A stretch of 64,000 bases of DNA from Orbicella franksi (taxonomy: Eukaryota): the NCBI GenBank assembly GCA_964199315.1, contig OZ116705.1:13268001-13332000 (forward strand), written 5' to 3'. Shown one piece after another: positions 28,901-42,500 of the stretch (position 1 is its first letter; the number at the start of each line of letters is the position of its first letter). Below the pieces are notes generated by a model that was not told the DNA's origin, searched no databases, and worked only from the letters and a program-made list of their open reading frames with translations. Made by a program: the position numbers and the translations under genes.

Positions 28901-31900
28901 AATTTCACTAGACACTATTTGATTTCCTATATAACTTCACTGATACCTCCAACAGTATCGAAGTCGACCGAAGGTCTGTTGAACTACTAACTTCAAATGT
29001 GTGTGAAATTACTTACTTAACGATATCCTTTATAACCTACTTTTGAACTGTAGTGTTCGACCCATGTTCCAATTTCAAGTGCCACAATGGAGGAACATGT
29101 GAATCCACATATAATGAACAACGCTGTATTTGCCCAGCCCCATGGGAAGGCCCAACATGTCTACGTAAGAAGTCTATTGGGATTTATTTTCTAAGTATAT
29201 TTTGAACTTTATACTGAAATGTTTACTGTCTTCCTCACTTACGTTTTTTACAGCTAGAGTCAAAATGAATTTGGTCGTGGTAATAGAGCGGTTTTCAATA
29301 GGCCATTTCCGAATTACCTGTAGCCTCTTTCTCAAAGCGCTTCTTGGTTCCCATCATTTCATATGAAACCATTTTCATAGGATTTCATTCACATGCACAT
29401 TAAACTCATTTTCATATGAATGGTTCAGTACCAGACCTCGCTATGATAGAGAGGCTTAAGGCAACTCAGAAATGGGCTATCGAGTGTCATAAAACCAAAA
29501 CCAAACAAAGTTCTCACCAATTAGGCTACTCAGCCAATCTCTAACCGCAGCATAACCATAATCAAAATCAAAGTAATTGTGGTATTACTTTGGATAATCA
29601 ATCAGCAAAACCCCTCTAGCGTGGGCCCAGTGTGTGACCATTCAAACGCAGCCTAAAGTTTGTTGATCAGTGCTAATTTCCTAGTTTGTCTAAACAGAAA
29701 AAAAAACTAGCGCTTTTTACTAATTTTTTTCTTCTTTCTAACGTTTCAGTCGATAATTACTGTTTACCAAAGAACGGCGAAAACAGGAATCCTTGCAAAA
29801 ATAGCGGAAAATGTGAATTCACCAACGGCGAAGTAAAATGTGTTTGTCCAATCCAGTATGAAGGTCCGACTTGCGCAGGTAAACACTTGCAAAACAATCT
29901 CTCTCTGTATGTAGTTGTTGCTGCTGTTTTGTTATTTTATCTAGATAGCCTGATACTCCAAAAAGCGGAAAGCATAGGGTGAACCTTTCGAGGTTACTCA
30001 AACGTTTTCAACATATATTTCCCTTTTGAGACGCAGCGTTTGCCCAATAACCTCATGCAAAAATACGTTTGCTGCGTGATGCTAAACTAAATTGAAGAGC
30101 GCATGTTAAATCTTGTCAGTGCCACCGTTACCACTGCAAAGTTTTCGTCTTGTTATGATGACGTCTTTCAAGGGCTGTGAAGAGCTCTTTCCTAACAACC
30201 TGGAAATGTCTAAACCACTTTCATTTGTGGTGAAAAACGCTCTTGATGGAAAAAGCACGTGGAAAAGAAAGATACACTATTTTAAGGACATTCCATATGG
30301 AAAAAAATATCTATGTCGCTTGCTCGTTTAAATTGCAAATAGAGTAGGCTTAAGTAAGAGATATCCCCACAGGTCAGGATAACTGATGTATTGCATTAAG
30401 TAGAATCAGTCTTGTGCATTATCCTGTATGTTTTTAGATAGTGATGTTATGTTCCTTGGATCTACTTCTCTCCAGAAAACAAATGTAATAAATGCGACAA
30501 ACACGCATTTTGTGATGAGGGAATTTGTAAATGTCGACCCCCTTACACCGGTGACGGAATAACATGCAACGAGCCGGAAGAACTAGGAAGTAAGTTATCA
30601 AATTATAACTTTAAAATACTTGCCATCTCGTTAGACACTTCATCGATGCTACTCGCGGAATTAATATCATGCTCGACTTCAGGAGAGTCGAATCGCCAAC
30701 TCTATAGACCCTTTCCATAAGTGACTTTCAATTTAAAATTACTTTGTATGTATTTAAATTAGCCTCACTAACCTCGTTTGAGAGTAAAAATCATCTAAAT
30801 TATAAATTTTAAAACCTGTTAGTTGTTACTAAAAGTAATTGAGTACTGCACGTTTCATTTCTCGTCGACCCTATCTGCCACATGAAGCTAAAACACTTCA
30901 CGCGGGAATAAGTACTGTTTTTTTGGGTTTCTCAGTAGTGATTTATTCAAATTGACTGACTGATGGATTGATTACTTGCTTGCTTGCTTGATTACAATTT
31001 ACTTTGCAGAGGCCCCAACAACCACGCCCTCTGAACTTCCAAACAGCTGTTCTCCAAACAAATGCTTGAATGGAGCAGCATGCATCGAAGGAAAAAACAC
31101 ATTCTATTGCGTCTGCCCAGAACACACCTCTGGCAGGCTCTGTGAAAAGAAAACTACTCCTACAACTGGTATGAACTGACAGTTTTCATTTTAGTTACTT
31201 CTGATTAGTTAAAACCCGGCGATGGCTAATATCCCATCCATGGGCTAGAACAAATATTCCTATTTATCTAAAAAGACAGAAACTGGCAGAACTCTGTCGG
31301 TAGAAACCACCTGTCCCAACGCAGAGTTTACCTTTTGCGGAGATTGGCAGTTGCGCAAATAACTGTGATTGGACTCCGTTGAATAAAAGTAGCCTTTATA
31401 CATTGTTAGGAGTATCATATTGACTTAAAGCACTACTTAAATCCAGTACAGTTAAGTGCTGGCCTCAATGATTTGCCGTGGTTGTTTCAAAGTTCTCCTC
31501 TGTCCTGTATATTTTCTCTTATAACACAACAGCTCCACCTAAAGCTGCGTGTCATCCAAATCCTTGTCTCAATGGCGGCCTGTGCAAAGAAACAGGAGTC
31601 AACCAGGACTTTGATTGTGTTTGCCCTAATCCTCGGTTTAAAGGAAGGTTTTGTGACGGTAAGTTATGGAATTGCGTGGAGTGAATAAAGAATGTTCAGT
31701 TGGTCAGAGATGAATCGAAAGCATGCATTTCATGTCGATTCATCTCATTTTCAGTACGTACATCTTCAAGACTCCCTATCACATGCTCAGAGTGCAGGGG
31801 TTTGATGAGTGCTGGGTCATAAACAGGACAGGCCCCTTACCTGAATATTTAGGAAATTGAAGGCTTATAAAGTTTCGATGAAATAAGTCCAGGTGGGCTA

Positions 31901-34157
31901 ATCCACCTACAAACTTCAGAATACTCTGGCACCATACTCCGGGACAGGCCCCTTGAGGGCGTGAAGCACCCTTTCTAGCTCCAAAAAGTAACTGCCCGGT
32001 TGTTACGATGGTAGTTATTGTAGGTGTTTCATTACTTATTGGGAAAAGCCCAACCACTTAATTCCACTTATAGGCTTTTTACTTCTAGAGGGCGGTGTTC
32101 AACGACACGAGTCTATATCTATATATGGCAGGGCACCGTTTCCATTAATTATTACTCTTGATTGATTTTTTAAATTGATGCCAAAATTGCTTTTTACTTG
32201 CAGTGGATATGTGTGCTGAATGTGAACCTCATGCAAGATGCATAAATGGAAAATGTTTCTGTCGGAGGGGTTACAAAGGAGATGGATATTCCTGCAGGAG
32301 AGGTATATCGTTTCCTGAAAGACCTTTCCAAATCCAAATATTTTCAATTCTATATCTGTCTTCTCTACATTTTCCACCCCAACCGGTACTACTGCCATTC
32401 GATTCACTGGGGTAAAAGCCGATTTGAAGGGCCTCTACAAACAAAGCAAACAAATGCACACATAAAGAGCTCATCAAAAGGGGTTAGAAAAGGAAGTTTA
32501 TAGACATTTTCACCCTCTTCAGTCCAGTTCAAACGTTTCCCGGCTTCGGAAAGATTGAAGCAAGCCCACTTTTCCCGTTTCTTACCCAAAAATTATGTTA
32601 TTGTGAAAAAAGCTTTAAACTGGGTGCATCTAACTGAAGTGGTGCTCAGGAATAAGAAAATGTTAGGTTTGTTTTTCAGTTAAACCAAAAAATAAATGTC
32701 CGCCGTACTCCACCACAATCAGCGGTGATATCTGTATTTGTAATCCTGGCTATTTCATGAGCAATACTGGAAAACGCGCCTGTATCGGTAAGTAGTCCTA
32801 AATTACTCGAACGGGTTTCTGATGTGAGCAATATGTTACTATGGTTCTGTTCCTAATAGTCTAGAGTTCGTACCTATTTACTCAGTCCATTTTGCTGTAC
32901 CCAAATTCGCAATTAGCCAATTAGAAGCCGTGTCTACTGTCCTGACATCTTGCGATAGTAAGAACTGATATGGCAAGGGGCAAGGATATTATGATTACTA
33001 TCAAGTAAAGGTTTTTTTTTTGGTGGGTAAAATTGATAACAGGTTTAAAAAAACAGGACATTTAAAAGCTTGCAATTTAACGTTTGTATATATCTAACCC
33101 TCAGCGAATGATGATATATCCCGAAAAACATTACAGCATGGGCCAAAGCTTGAAATTCCTCCTCCAGCAGAAAATCCAGTTACACGAAATGGACAACAGT
33201 GGTCAGGTACTGAACTAGAAAGTAAACATCTACCTTATATTACGTTGAAAAACTATTTTGTAAAGTCACTGTTTTCGCATTTCATTTAGCAATCATTCTT
33301 ACAGATGCATTCAACAAAACAAATGCTCTACGTGACAGTTAGCTAGGGACCTTGAAAATAAAATGTCTTGCCACGTTTCGGTGAAATTAATAAGATAGAC
33401 AAATTCAGAATTTTGTATGGGTGAGTTGCCAACCAGCCAAAGCAATATTTGACTGCTTGCGGCTTCCAAGCAGGTAAGTCATTGTCAGTATTTTAAAACT
33501 GTTAAAAGAAAGCGTGCAGTGAAAACTAAACCGTAGAATTCTTGCAAACGCTTACAAATCACTAGGGTAGGAGCAGAATGGTTATATAACAGATATTAAA
33601 TACTGCTTAAGATCGGTAACAAAAATGTTGTACGGAACGTTGAGTAATGAGCACTTGCCGCAGAAAAAGCACGAATAGTGAATGTCGATCTTTTAGTGGA
33701 GATTAAGTACTATTCAATCTGCGGCTACTGTTAGGGGAAGCACATAGACATAGTTAAAGATCGCTATCTACTATTTACTGATTTTAAAGCTTTGATTTCC
33801 AGTCTTTTGTTCCTTATACAATTTTTCCTTTCCCAAACAGAAGACATCATAGTCACAGAATACCGTAGCTTGGGATGCTGGGCTGATACCACTGACTGGC
33901 GAGACCCTTCAAAACGTGCAATGATGGTCATGGAAGGTTTGGATCCACTCCTGGCTGATAATTACCACGAACGGAAGCAACCAATCAGCAAGTGCGCAGA
34001 CGTGGCTAAAAGGCTTGGCCTTAGAGTGTTTGCCATACAAAATGGAGGACAGTGTTTTGGTGGCGCAGACGAAAATACTTACAAAACGTATGGTTCGTCA
34101 GAGAAATGCGCTGATGGAGTTGGGGGATCCTTAGCTAACGATGTATACAAACTCTGA
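21793..34157 (+). CDS. Gene C: secreted Pro/His-rich protein with 14 EGF-like domains, one 4-Cys module and a C-terminal WSC-like domain (about 1137 aa)
   Basis: Exon 1 is 21793-22984 (signal [18 protein letters not shown], donor CCAA|GTGAGT). Phase-1 cassette exons: 23462-23572, 24669-24779, 25552-25662, 25993-26106, 26230-26358, 27266-27406, 27735-27845, 28274-28402, 29054-29164, 29750-29878, 30476-30589, 31010-31168, 31533-31658, 32204-32302, 32680-32787 (4-Cys) and 33105-33206 (linker). Last exon is 33841-34157. All are GT-AG with an open frame. Confidence 0.88.
23831..24455 (-). mobile_element. Penelope-like retroelement 3' fragment (GIY-YIG endonuclease end) with an inverted pLTR-type repeat, in gene C intron 2
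   Basis: ORF 23994-24254 reads [19 protein letters not shown]...[10 protein letters not shown]...[29 protein letters not shown], the GIY-YIG pattern of Penelope-like elements. Positions 23837-24024 and 24266-24452 form an inverted repeat with 3 substitutions and 1 indel. Confidence 0.88.
24946..25192. mobile_element. MITE, 5'-truncated copy of the family at 52831-53156
   Basis: Shares GCTTTTCG.AAACGATGAC..CCCGAGTTTTCCTCAAA..AAATGACCGGT..TTTTCAAATT.CTCCGGCGTAGTG.GGACGGAAAACATT with the 52.8-kb copy. Confidence 0.75.
29284..29620. mobile_element. Nested MITEs in a gene C intron
   Basis: An inner element at 29298-29480 has inverted ends ATAGGCCATTTCCGA and TCAGAAATGGGCTAT. It interrupts an outer repeat that begins TAGAGCGGTTTTCAAT and resumes with CGAGTGTCATAAAACCAAAACC. 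Confidence 0.55.
33841..34157 (+). CDS. Gene C terminal exon: WSC-like (putative carbohydrate-binding) domain
   Basis: YRSLGCWAD...[25 protein letters not shown]...[20 protein letters not shown] has the YxGCxxD...C...A.Q.GxQCF...C...GG...VY pattern of WSC-type domains. Confidence 0.7.
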
Positions 34158-36730
34158 GAAATCATGTACATGTACCTGGAGTCGATCGGTGATGAATACA
34201 CTGACTTGCCAGTCGTCCTAAGCAGGTTTCCAAGAGTTATGAATCGTTCAGTAACAACCTCTGTATCTTAAAAGATTGAGAACGCCTGTCTATATGTGTT
34301 TCATACATAATTTTCGACAATTTGCAATAAGAAGTCGAGACATGCATTTTAAAACATTAGAAATCACCGTTCTGTTTGCTAGCTTGAGTTCCATTGCAAA
34401 TTTAAATAACCTGAGCATGCGCTCGTTTCTCTCCTGCTAGTAATGAAACTGAGCCAGCGAAAACGCTAAAAATACTTACAGTTATTGTAAGGTAATCTAA
34501 TTATACGTTCCAATCCGCATAGGTAAATTTTTTTATAAGGACTGTACAGTGTCCAGGAATGAGAACCCCCTATGTAGACATCAGGCCTAAAAGGGTCAAA
34601 ATGGCGGCTCATCCACGCAAACATATATCATGAACCTTGTTATAAATGTTAAATCGGGTTGGATCTTAAAGCGACATAAATGTTTTAGTTTAAAAAAGCA
34701 ATGGCCCAGTACTATTTTTAGTCTTAGTCTTCATTTATAAGATTAATAAAGGAATTATGCATCATCATGAGTTGTATTTTGTGACAAAACAAGCTGATAT
34801 AACAGAAACTACCAAACAAACAACGATGGGTGAATGGATTTCAAATAGGACGTGCTTAGAGTTCGCGACTCTTTTCTTGCGTTTGAGACAATTTAAAGAG
34901 CAGTGATTTCTGCTTGCTTTGTTACTTTTATTCGGCAATAACCCGAAAGCAATAATGGAATCAAGCAGGTCAATATCAACGACATTGTTGGATAGCGGGA
35001 GACTCCAATTATGCGGCAGACACCCTGAGGAGAAGCTTTCTTGACGGTTTCTATTATATTTACTATTTATAGGCTCATATGACTACATTGATACGTAAAA
35101 AGAAAGCAACCAAAAAAAAAAAAGTATTTTCGACTATACTTCAGCACCAACCTGACTTCTTGTTGTTGTTTATTTGTTTGCTCGTTTTTTTGTGTGTTTG
35201 TTTTTCATTTACAACCTGTAAATATTCGATTTTTTTCGAGGGAGAACATTATAGACTTCATTTCTATACAGTATGATGGATTTGAGCAATAAAGGTCAGA
35301 GAAAAGTGGTCGAAAATGAAAAGCAAATTACTTATCTGGTTCCTGGCATTTAAACTAGAAAAAGAGTCTTTCTTTTGCGATTTTTCACAGGCGAACATTT
35401 TTACCGGCAGAATATATGGCAAGATTGGGGGTTGTTACCCGAAAAAAGGGGGGGGGGGGGGGCTTAAAGGGGTGGGGCATCCATTTCGGGTTTTCGTTTT
35501 AATTCCTTCAGGTACAATTACACTCTCCCAACTATTAACAATATAACAAAATTGATGTGTACAGCAACAATCGCTGTTACATGTGTGCAAACTCCATTGC
35601 GGTCGAATGAAGGCCGTAGGAAACAGTTTAAACAGTTTTTTTTGTCGCTGTCTGTCGACTGCATACAACCCTAAAACCCAGTGAAAAGTTGCGTGGAAAA
35701 TTCCATTATTAGACACTTGAATGCGTAGTGTGGCTGGTTGTATTTGCTTAATCGCTTCATATCCCTGCTTATTTTGACCCTATTTGGTTTCCTTTGTTTT
35801 ACTTGCCATTTTGACATGTGGAAGGAGTGGTTAGTGTTGACATAGGTGATATGGTGATAGAAGTGACAACAATGGAGCAGATCGACAACAAGCATTACAC
35901 AATGTACGTAAATAATATTTCAAAATGTTGCGAACGAGTGGGGCTAAGCGCGTCGAAATTAAGATCATGCAGTCGTGAACAATATACAAAAAAGAACATG
36001 ATCAGGAAAACTTAAAAAGCAATAGGCGAGGCACAGCAGTCACGCCATTCTTGTTGACCTGCCTAATGTGCCACAAGATTCAGTAATATCCATTAGTTGT
36101 CCAAGTTGACAAGCAAAAATCATTTGCAGACACAAATCAAATTAATATGAAGTTTGTTCAAATTACCGTTATTGAGACAATCAATTAGGAAAGAGAAAGT
36201 GAAGTCTAGAGCTTCACCGAGAGTAGGATTTAGTTTAAACATAGACTTATAATTTATTGGATTTAACCTTCAACCGGCAAAAGTGTTTTTCTGACATCTG
36301 CTCCGACTAATTAGGCTTCTTATGACTAAATTTAGCGAATGGCCTATATCGAAATATAAAACCCAGTGACGTTTCCTAAAACGTAGCCAGAGCGCGTTTT
36401 AGGGACAATAAGATATTCGTTGCCTCTACAATTATAAACAAACTCGTTGACCATGAGATCAATATTTGCCGCTATTGTGACGCATTTCTGAGATACTTTG
36501 ATAAAAAAAAAATGTTCTAAAATTGGCCTGTTATGCCTCATTACTTTCCCTGAACATCATGTATGTAGTTATAGATGAATTTTACTTAGGTGCCACTCCA
36601 CTGTAGGAATGGTGTGACTTAACTTGTCAATACTGGATTAGCGGTGATAGATTCCTCAGGTTTAAAGAAGTTGGCGGTTTTTGTAACGGCGTTGCCCATG
36701 AGAGAGATGCAGTGCTCATTACGCAGAAAA

Positions 36731-36900
36731 CGAAAAAAGAAAAAAAAATCGAAGTCGCTCACAAGAGTAGAACCCATGACTTCCCAAACACCGAGCGAAT
36801 GCCCTCTATGCCAAAGTACAAAAAGGTCTCACGGCGAGCAACGCCATTTACCAGGCTCGCACTGACGGGAGACCTTCATGCCGCCAGGACCTGCAACGTT
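36731..36900 (-). mobile_element. Degenerate tRNA-like SINE fragment
   Basis: The minus strand reads ...TAGAGGGCATTCGCTCGGTGTTTGGGAAGTCATGGGTTCTACTC...TTTTTT, a decayed B-box followed by a T-run. Confidence 0.4.
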
Positions 36901-37644
36901 CAGAGCTTACCGTACGGGATGATGATAGTAAGCTGCTACACTTTAAGCCCGGAAGTGAAATGCAAGAGGATACAACGTTCACCATGTTACAAGCGTGGGA
37001 CAAAGACGATATCTAAGTCCCATATCAGTTTAAATGCAGTTAAAGGGTAAGCTTATTAGCTCTGTAAAGAGGTCCCTTTCATAATCTCGGTTTCAATTAG
37101 AAGCTGACGGTGAATCAATATTAATATAAGCACTATGATGGTTTAACGTAATTTGGGGCCTTTTGTTTGTCTTTATGTCTGAAATTGATCCCCTTTCGTA
37201 ATTAAAGACTTGATATCAAAGTACCACTTGTTTGCATATTTGGTTCTAATTAACTCGGATTTAAACCAAATACCTTTAAATTCGATACATTTATTATTGC
37301 TCTAAGTTATCACAATAGCCGCCGACTGGACTAATTCTGTTAAGCGAAAACTTACCTGCACTCTTAAGTGTCACTCCGAGTAAGCAGGCACTGGACCACG
37401 ACAAGGCAACCAGCTTAACGCTCTCCGTGACCTCCGCTGGGCCAATCAGAAGCTAAATATTTAACTGCTTAGCAGGTAGAACGCTGAACTTGGCATGTGA
37501 TTAATGAAAAGCAAACAAAAGCCACCGGACACCGAATTGTTTTCGTGTTACCTATATTTCTCGCTTGAAAGACACAATTGTTTGTATTATTAATTGTAGA
37601 ATTGTGTTTTTACTACAACAGGGAGAAAGATATGTAGTCAAAAT

Positions 37645-39529
37645 ATGAAAGTTTTTAGGTATTTTGAGCCAGTTTTTCTGTTATGCGTTTTTCAGTTGTT
37701 AGCTGAGTACCCTTGCCAAGGAGAAACGCATCTTGGACAAAGTAATGAAAAATCGTCAGCGAAGAATTCGATTCCAAGAAAGAATGGAAGCAAGAACGTT
37801 CTAGAAAAGGACTTAAATCGCGGAAAGACTCCAGAAAATAAGAGAGAAAACTCCTCTTCGCCAAAAAAGCAACTGGATTCTGCAGGCTCTTCAGAAAATT
37901 ATCATGACCGCAGAGGCTTAAACAAAGAGCACAACATCAGCCACAAGGAAGATGTGCCTTTACACATGGCTGCTAAAGCTGATGACAAATTCAGGAAGCC
38001 ATCTGCTCGGACTCACCAAACTGAAAAATCAAGAGAACATAAAAATAAAAATGTTGCTAATGGGAAAAGCAAAAGGCGGTTAACACACGCTAAGAAGTCA
38101 AAACTGACAAACAACTCTATTCCAGTAAAGCCTGGCGACTTTCATCCGAAGGGAAATACTAAGAGGAAAAAGAAAAAGTTATTTAAAAAGTATGCTTTAG
38201 TTCAAACATTTTCTCCACTTCAGGCGCAGTCTTTAGATTACCAACCGATTGCTACTGGTGGACAAGAAGCTTTAGCGGCAGGGTATTCTCCATTAATTGA
38301 GGGGGACCAAACAGGAGATGTTAAAGACCAGGATCCATCTCAACAGCAACAACCGATCGGTGATGGTAATTCAATATCGCAGTACGATAGCGCAGGGTAT
38401 CAACAAGACAGCAGCCAGTCAGCTATTGCAAGTTTTGTGAGTAATAATGGCGAAGACGTTGGTCAAAGCGAAGGTAGACAGCAGCCTACCAGTCTAGAAC
38501 AGGCCATTCAGTTACAGCAAGAGGCTTACACTCAACAGCCTCAGGAGCAAGGACAAGAACAGGATAATGCGAGACCAGGGACTGAAGGTGGGGAACTGGG
38601 AGGACAGGCAAGTCAGATTATTGACGGAGGGCAATTGCAATACCAGAGCGAAGAAGCAGGTCAAAGTCAACAGCAAGGTGCTCAGGAAGGAGCTCCGGAA
38701 CAAGGTGGAACTCAAACTGGTTTTGATCAAGGGGGATTTCAACAGGGGCAGACACAGGAGCTTAGTCAGCAGCAGTCACAAGGCTTTGATGACCAATTGC
38801 AGCAGCAGCAGCAGGATCAAGCACAGGAATACCAGCAGCAACAGCAGCAACCATCGGAGGAGTCACAAGAGCCGGAGGCTGCGTCCTCTGAAACGCAGAG
38901 TTTCACGACCTCCACCAATTCCCTTGGTAGTCTGTTCGGAACAGAAGGTCAACAGACAACTGCTGAGCAACAAGGACAGGGAACAGTAACATATGCAAAC
39001 GAGCAGCCTAGTGAAGGGGGAGATAAGAGCGCGCCACCCGGCGTTCAATACGCCTCCTCCATCGAAGAAGCGCTTAAAGAGCCTTCAGTGTCCCCACAAG
39101 ACAGCAGCAGCGAAGAAGGTGATGGTCAAGGGAGCCTCGGTGCAAACGATGGTGCCAATGTCATCAATATCGGTGGGGGGCCAGATTCCAGAGAAACCAG
39201 CAACAATGGTTTTATGGGAGCGGGAACTGTAAGTGCTCCCTCTGGGTATCAGACCGCCGCTATAGATGATAACGGGAACAATGACCAAGCTGTGACTGGT
39301 ACAGAAGTCAATGGATATGCTCCAATGAATGACCAGGGTACCAATAGTGACGCAACTGCATTAGAGGAAAATCAACAATCGCAAGGTACCACATCTACAG
39401 ACAATCAAAATTCTTTTAACTTTGCTGGACAGCAATTACAACAGGCAGGCATTGGGGAGAAGATGCCGTCACTCGATGACGATTTTAACAAGATTGTTGA
39501 CATTGCAAACAAGAACGGCCCAATGGCAG
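37645..39529 (+). CDS. Gene D first coding exon: signal peptide, Lys/Arg-rich segment ending KRKKKKLFKK, then a Gln/Gly/Glu/Ser-rich region
   Basis: 631-aa ORF with an abrupt switch from basic to acidic/Gln-rich composition. Confidence 0.9.
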
Positions 39530-42500
39530 GTAAATTGTAACATAAATGTTCTTACTACTCTCTCTATACTAAACATTCGGCGCTTATACAAACCCAAAGC
39601 GAATCTGCATTATGGGACACGTGTTTACCAAACCAGTTTCAATCCATTTAGTTCCCTTGATTACGCGTACCGCAAAACACAGTTTAAAGGTCACAACTTC
39701 TTTTCTGGAAATGAAAATCGCTGGATGACAAGTATATTAGAAAACATTTTAACATTTATTATTGCTGCGCACTTTTACGCGTACATGGATTTTTTTCCTC
39801 AATCGAAAGCTCAATTTGGTTAAAGATGATTTTCGCCTAATCTTTCTTATGCATTAACGCAAGCTTTACAATAACTAACTAATGTAAGAAAATTGTGAAA
39901 TGAATTAAGGTCAATTAAAACTTAATACTCTCAAGAGTTAATGATAAATGACTGTTTCAAACGATGTAAACAGTCGTGAATTGAGTTTTCTTTTGTGGAT
40001 GCGCAGTCAAAGGATGTAAAGGATGTCCTCCTCATGCAAGATGCATAGACAAAGTGTGCATAATCAACGACGACCAACCGCTGGCCCATATGCTGAACGC
40101 TCTGTCTGGTCCGGAACCAGGTATGCATGAACTGTGGTTGAAATTAACTTTACAATTTTCATTAATTACCACACAATCCAGGATTACGTGGCGAAAATCA
40201 TAACATGCATACATACTACATAAACAATACACAACGTTTTTCGGTTCTTATGGCACGCACGCCAGAAAAGAATCTAATGTTGCAAACAGCCAAATAAACT
40301 GGTATACCAGTCCCATTTTTTTCCTGATTCCCTAAAAACCTTCTCGAGGAATGAACGTTTATGTCATTATACTGAAAATGCAACTAAACTAGCTAATTAT
40401 TGCTTAATGGCCTAACATGCAAATATAGTTACTCTGTTTTCCGGGCTTACATTTTGACGTAATTTATTGCATCTTCTACACTTTCATGTACACGTCATCA
40501 TATTTTGGTATTTGAAAAGAATGCCATTTTTCCAGTCTCTAAAATCATGATCAGCTGCATTACTGTTTTTAAAGCTTTGCATATGGTATTATTTCCCAAG
40601 GATATTATATCTTTCAAACACAGAAGAATATTAGGCTCATTTGTTCAGCAAGCCACTTGACTTTCTCCTGATTACTTCAGTATATTTATTATATGACCGG
40701 GGAAATTACTTCATTGCCATTAGCCGGGAGTGAGCATTTTTCTCGCCAGTTTTTAAGTTGCATTGTATTGTATTGCAAATTAATGCAGGTTCGTGATTCT
40801 CATAATTGATTCGCATAACGTATTGGATAGTTCTCACGAATATCAAAGCAATTAAAGCTGCATTTATCTCTAAGAATTGGGGTAAACAACAAGTCAAATA
40901 AATTTTAAAAAATCAATAAAAGCAAAAAACATTTTTGTCAGTGGGGCCCGTACGAATCAAATATTGCACGTTTCTATGTCAGGTGAACAGTCCCCACCCA
41001 GTGAATGTAAAGAATGCCATTACAATGCTAAGTGCATCCAAAGAGAGTGCGTCTGTAAGACGGGTTACACTGGTGATGGATTCGACTGCCGCCGTAAGTA
41101 TTTTCACGCTACCCTTGATTACTCTAAGCATTTCCGATGTAACCTTAAACATGTCGCTTCCAATAATAAATAGTTAAGGCTGGTTTTCACTGACGCGTGA
41201 ACAGAAGAAGAAGATGTTTATAATTCGCGCCGTTTGTTACGAGAATTTTCAAACAAAAGGAAGTACTTAGTAACACCTTTATGCGCATGCGTACGCTGCT
41301 CACGCTTACGCTTGTGCCCAAGTGAAAACCAGACCTTAGTAAAAGCTATTTTCTTTGATACTTCGACTCTTTCGCTTTTAAGCTTTCAGTTTTCCCGGCT
41401 GTTTATTTGTCTAAGTATTATAATTAGTTTTCTGCTGGTTTTCGCTTCAGATTTTTCAAATTTATTTTTATTTTTTTTATCCACAACCATGGAGTAAAAT
41501 TCTGATGCATCGTTTGACCATGCTATTGATTCTTTTTTTTACCAAGAAAAATGGTAAAAAGTGATTAAATCAATAAAGGATAATTGTTCTATATCAGTAA
41601 TTTCCTGGCGTGTGGGATCAAGTATTTCTTAGCATTCACAGTAAGAGGGATATTTATTTTACCAGTTTTTTACTAATCCTACAGCTGACACTTGTTTACC
41701 TGGCTGCAAGCAACATGGAAAATGCATCAAAGGGTTCTGTGTGTGTGATCATCATCATTACTTCAACGGATATGAATGTGCACGTAAGTCCGTCTGCTTA
41801 TTTCTGTCTTTCTCGTCAGCAAGGATCAGAAATCGAGCTTTTATTGATTAAGCTCCTCTTTAAGTCATGGATTCCCGCCTCGTGTAACAGGATGATGGTA
41901 TTGTTCTCTTTATACGTTATACGAGTTGATTTGAAAAAAAAGAAAAAAAGAATATTTCTTGCACACCGTCACCTGGGTATCGGAAATATAGCATCCAGAA
42001 GTCTCCCTTCCTTCGGTGCTGCTCCCCTTGATCCATGTCCGTGCATGTTCTTTGTTATGGCAGAAACAAACACTGTGTTTTTTCTCATTTTTATACACAG
42101 CATACAAGATAACACACAGAAACTGTCCCCTTCAGTGTGCCACGAGATGTCATGACAGATGTCCGCCAAACTGCTGCAAACATCATCGAGTTCTAAAGAT
42201 TCATTACAACGATGGAAATCTTCAGGAGATAAATATACCACCTAATGCACCGCCCCAGAAAAATGTTACTACTCCCCGCCCAACAGTCGTTGTCCTTAAA
42301 CCAGAAGGCAAAGTGAATGAACACGTGGCGAACTTTGCATCTGACTTCCAACAGCGCCCTGCAGACTCTGAATCCACCAACCTAGAAGCTGTGAACTTGA
42401 AAAATCCTGCTGGAGGATTTGCAGTTTCAGAAATGGCAGCAAGACCCCTTATCGAGGACGAGGCAGAATGTCCAGCGCAATGTAAGTCGGAGTGTCGGGA

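Noticed and set aside
33305-33473. Candidate extra micro-exons in gene C (33305-33331 and 33426-33473, the latter ending at a strong CAG|GTAAGT)
   Set aside because: They are frame-compatible, but one splice site is weak in each case and no domain is encoded. RNA data would be needed.
38200-39529. Gene D exon 1 as a neuropeptide precursor
   Set aside because: It is Gln-rich but has no repeated peptide-Gly-basic amidation cassettes, and it splices in frame to EGF and CRD exons.
41610-42155. 181-aa ORF, and the N-terminal 28 codons of ORF 42016
   Set aside because: Intronic sequence upstream of the 42101 acceptor that is open by chance.
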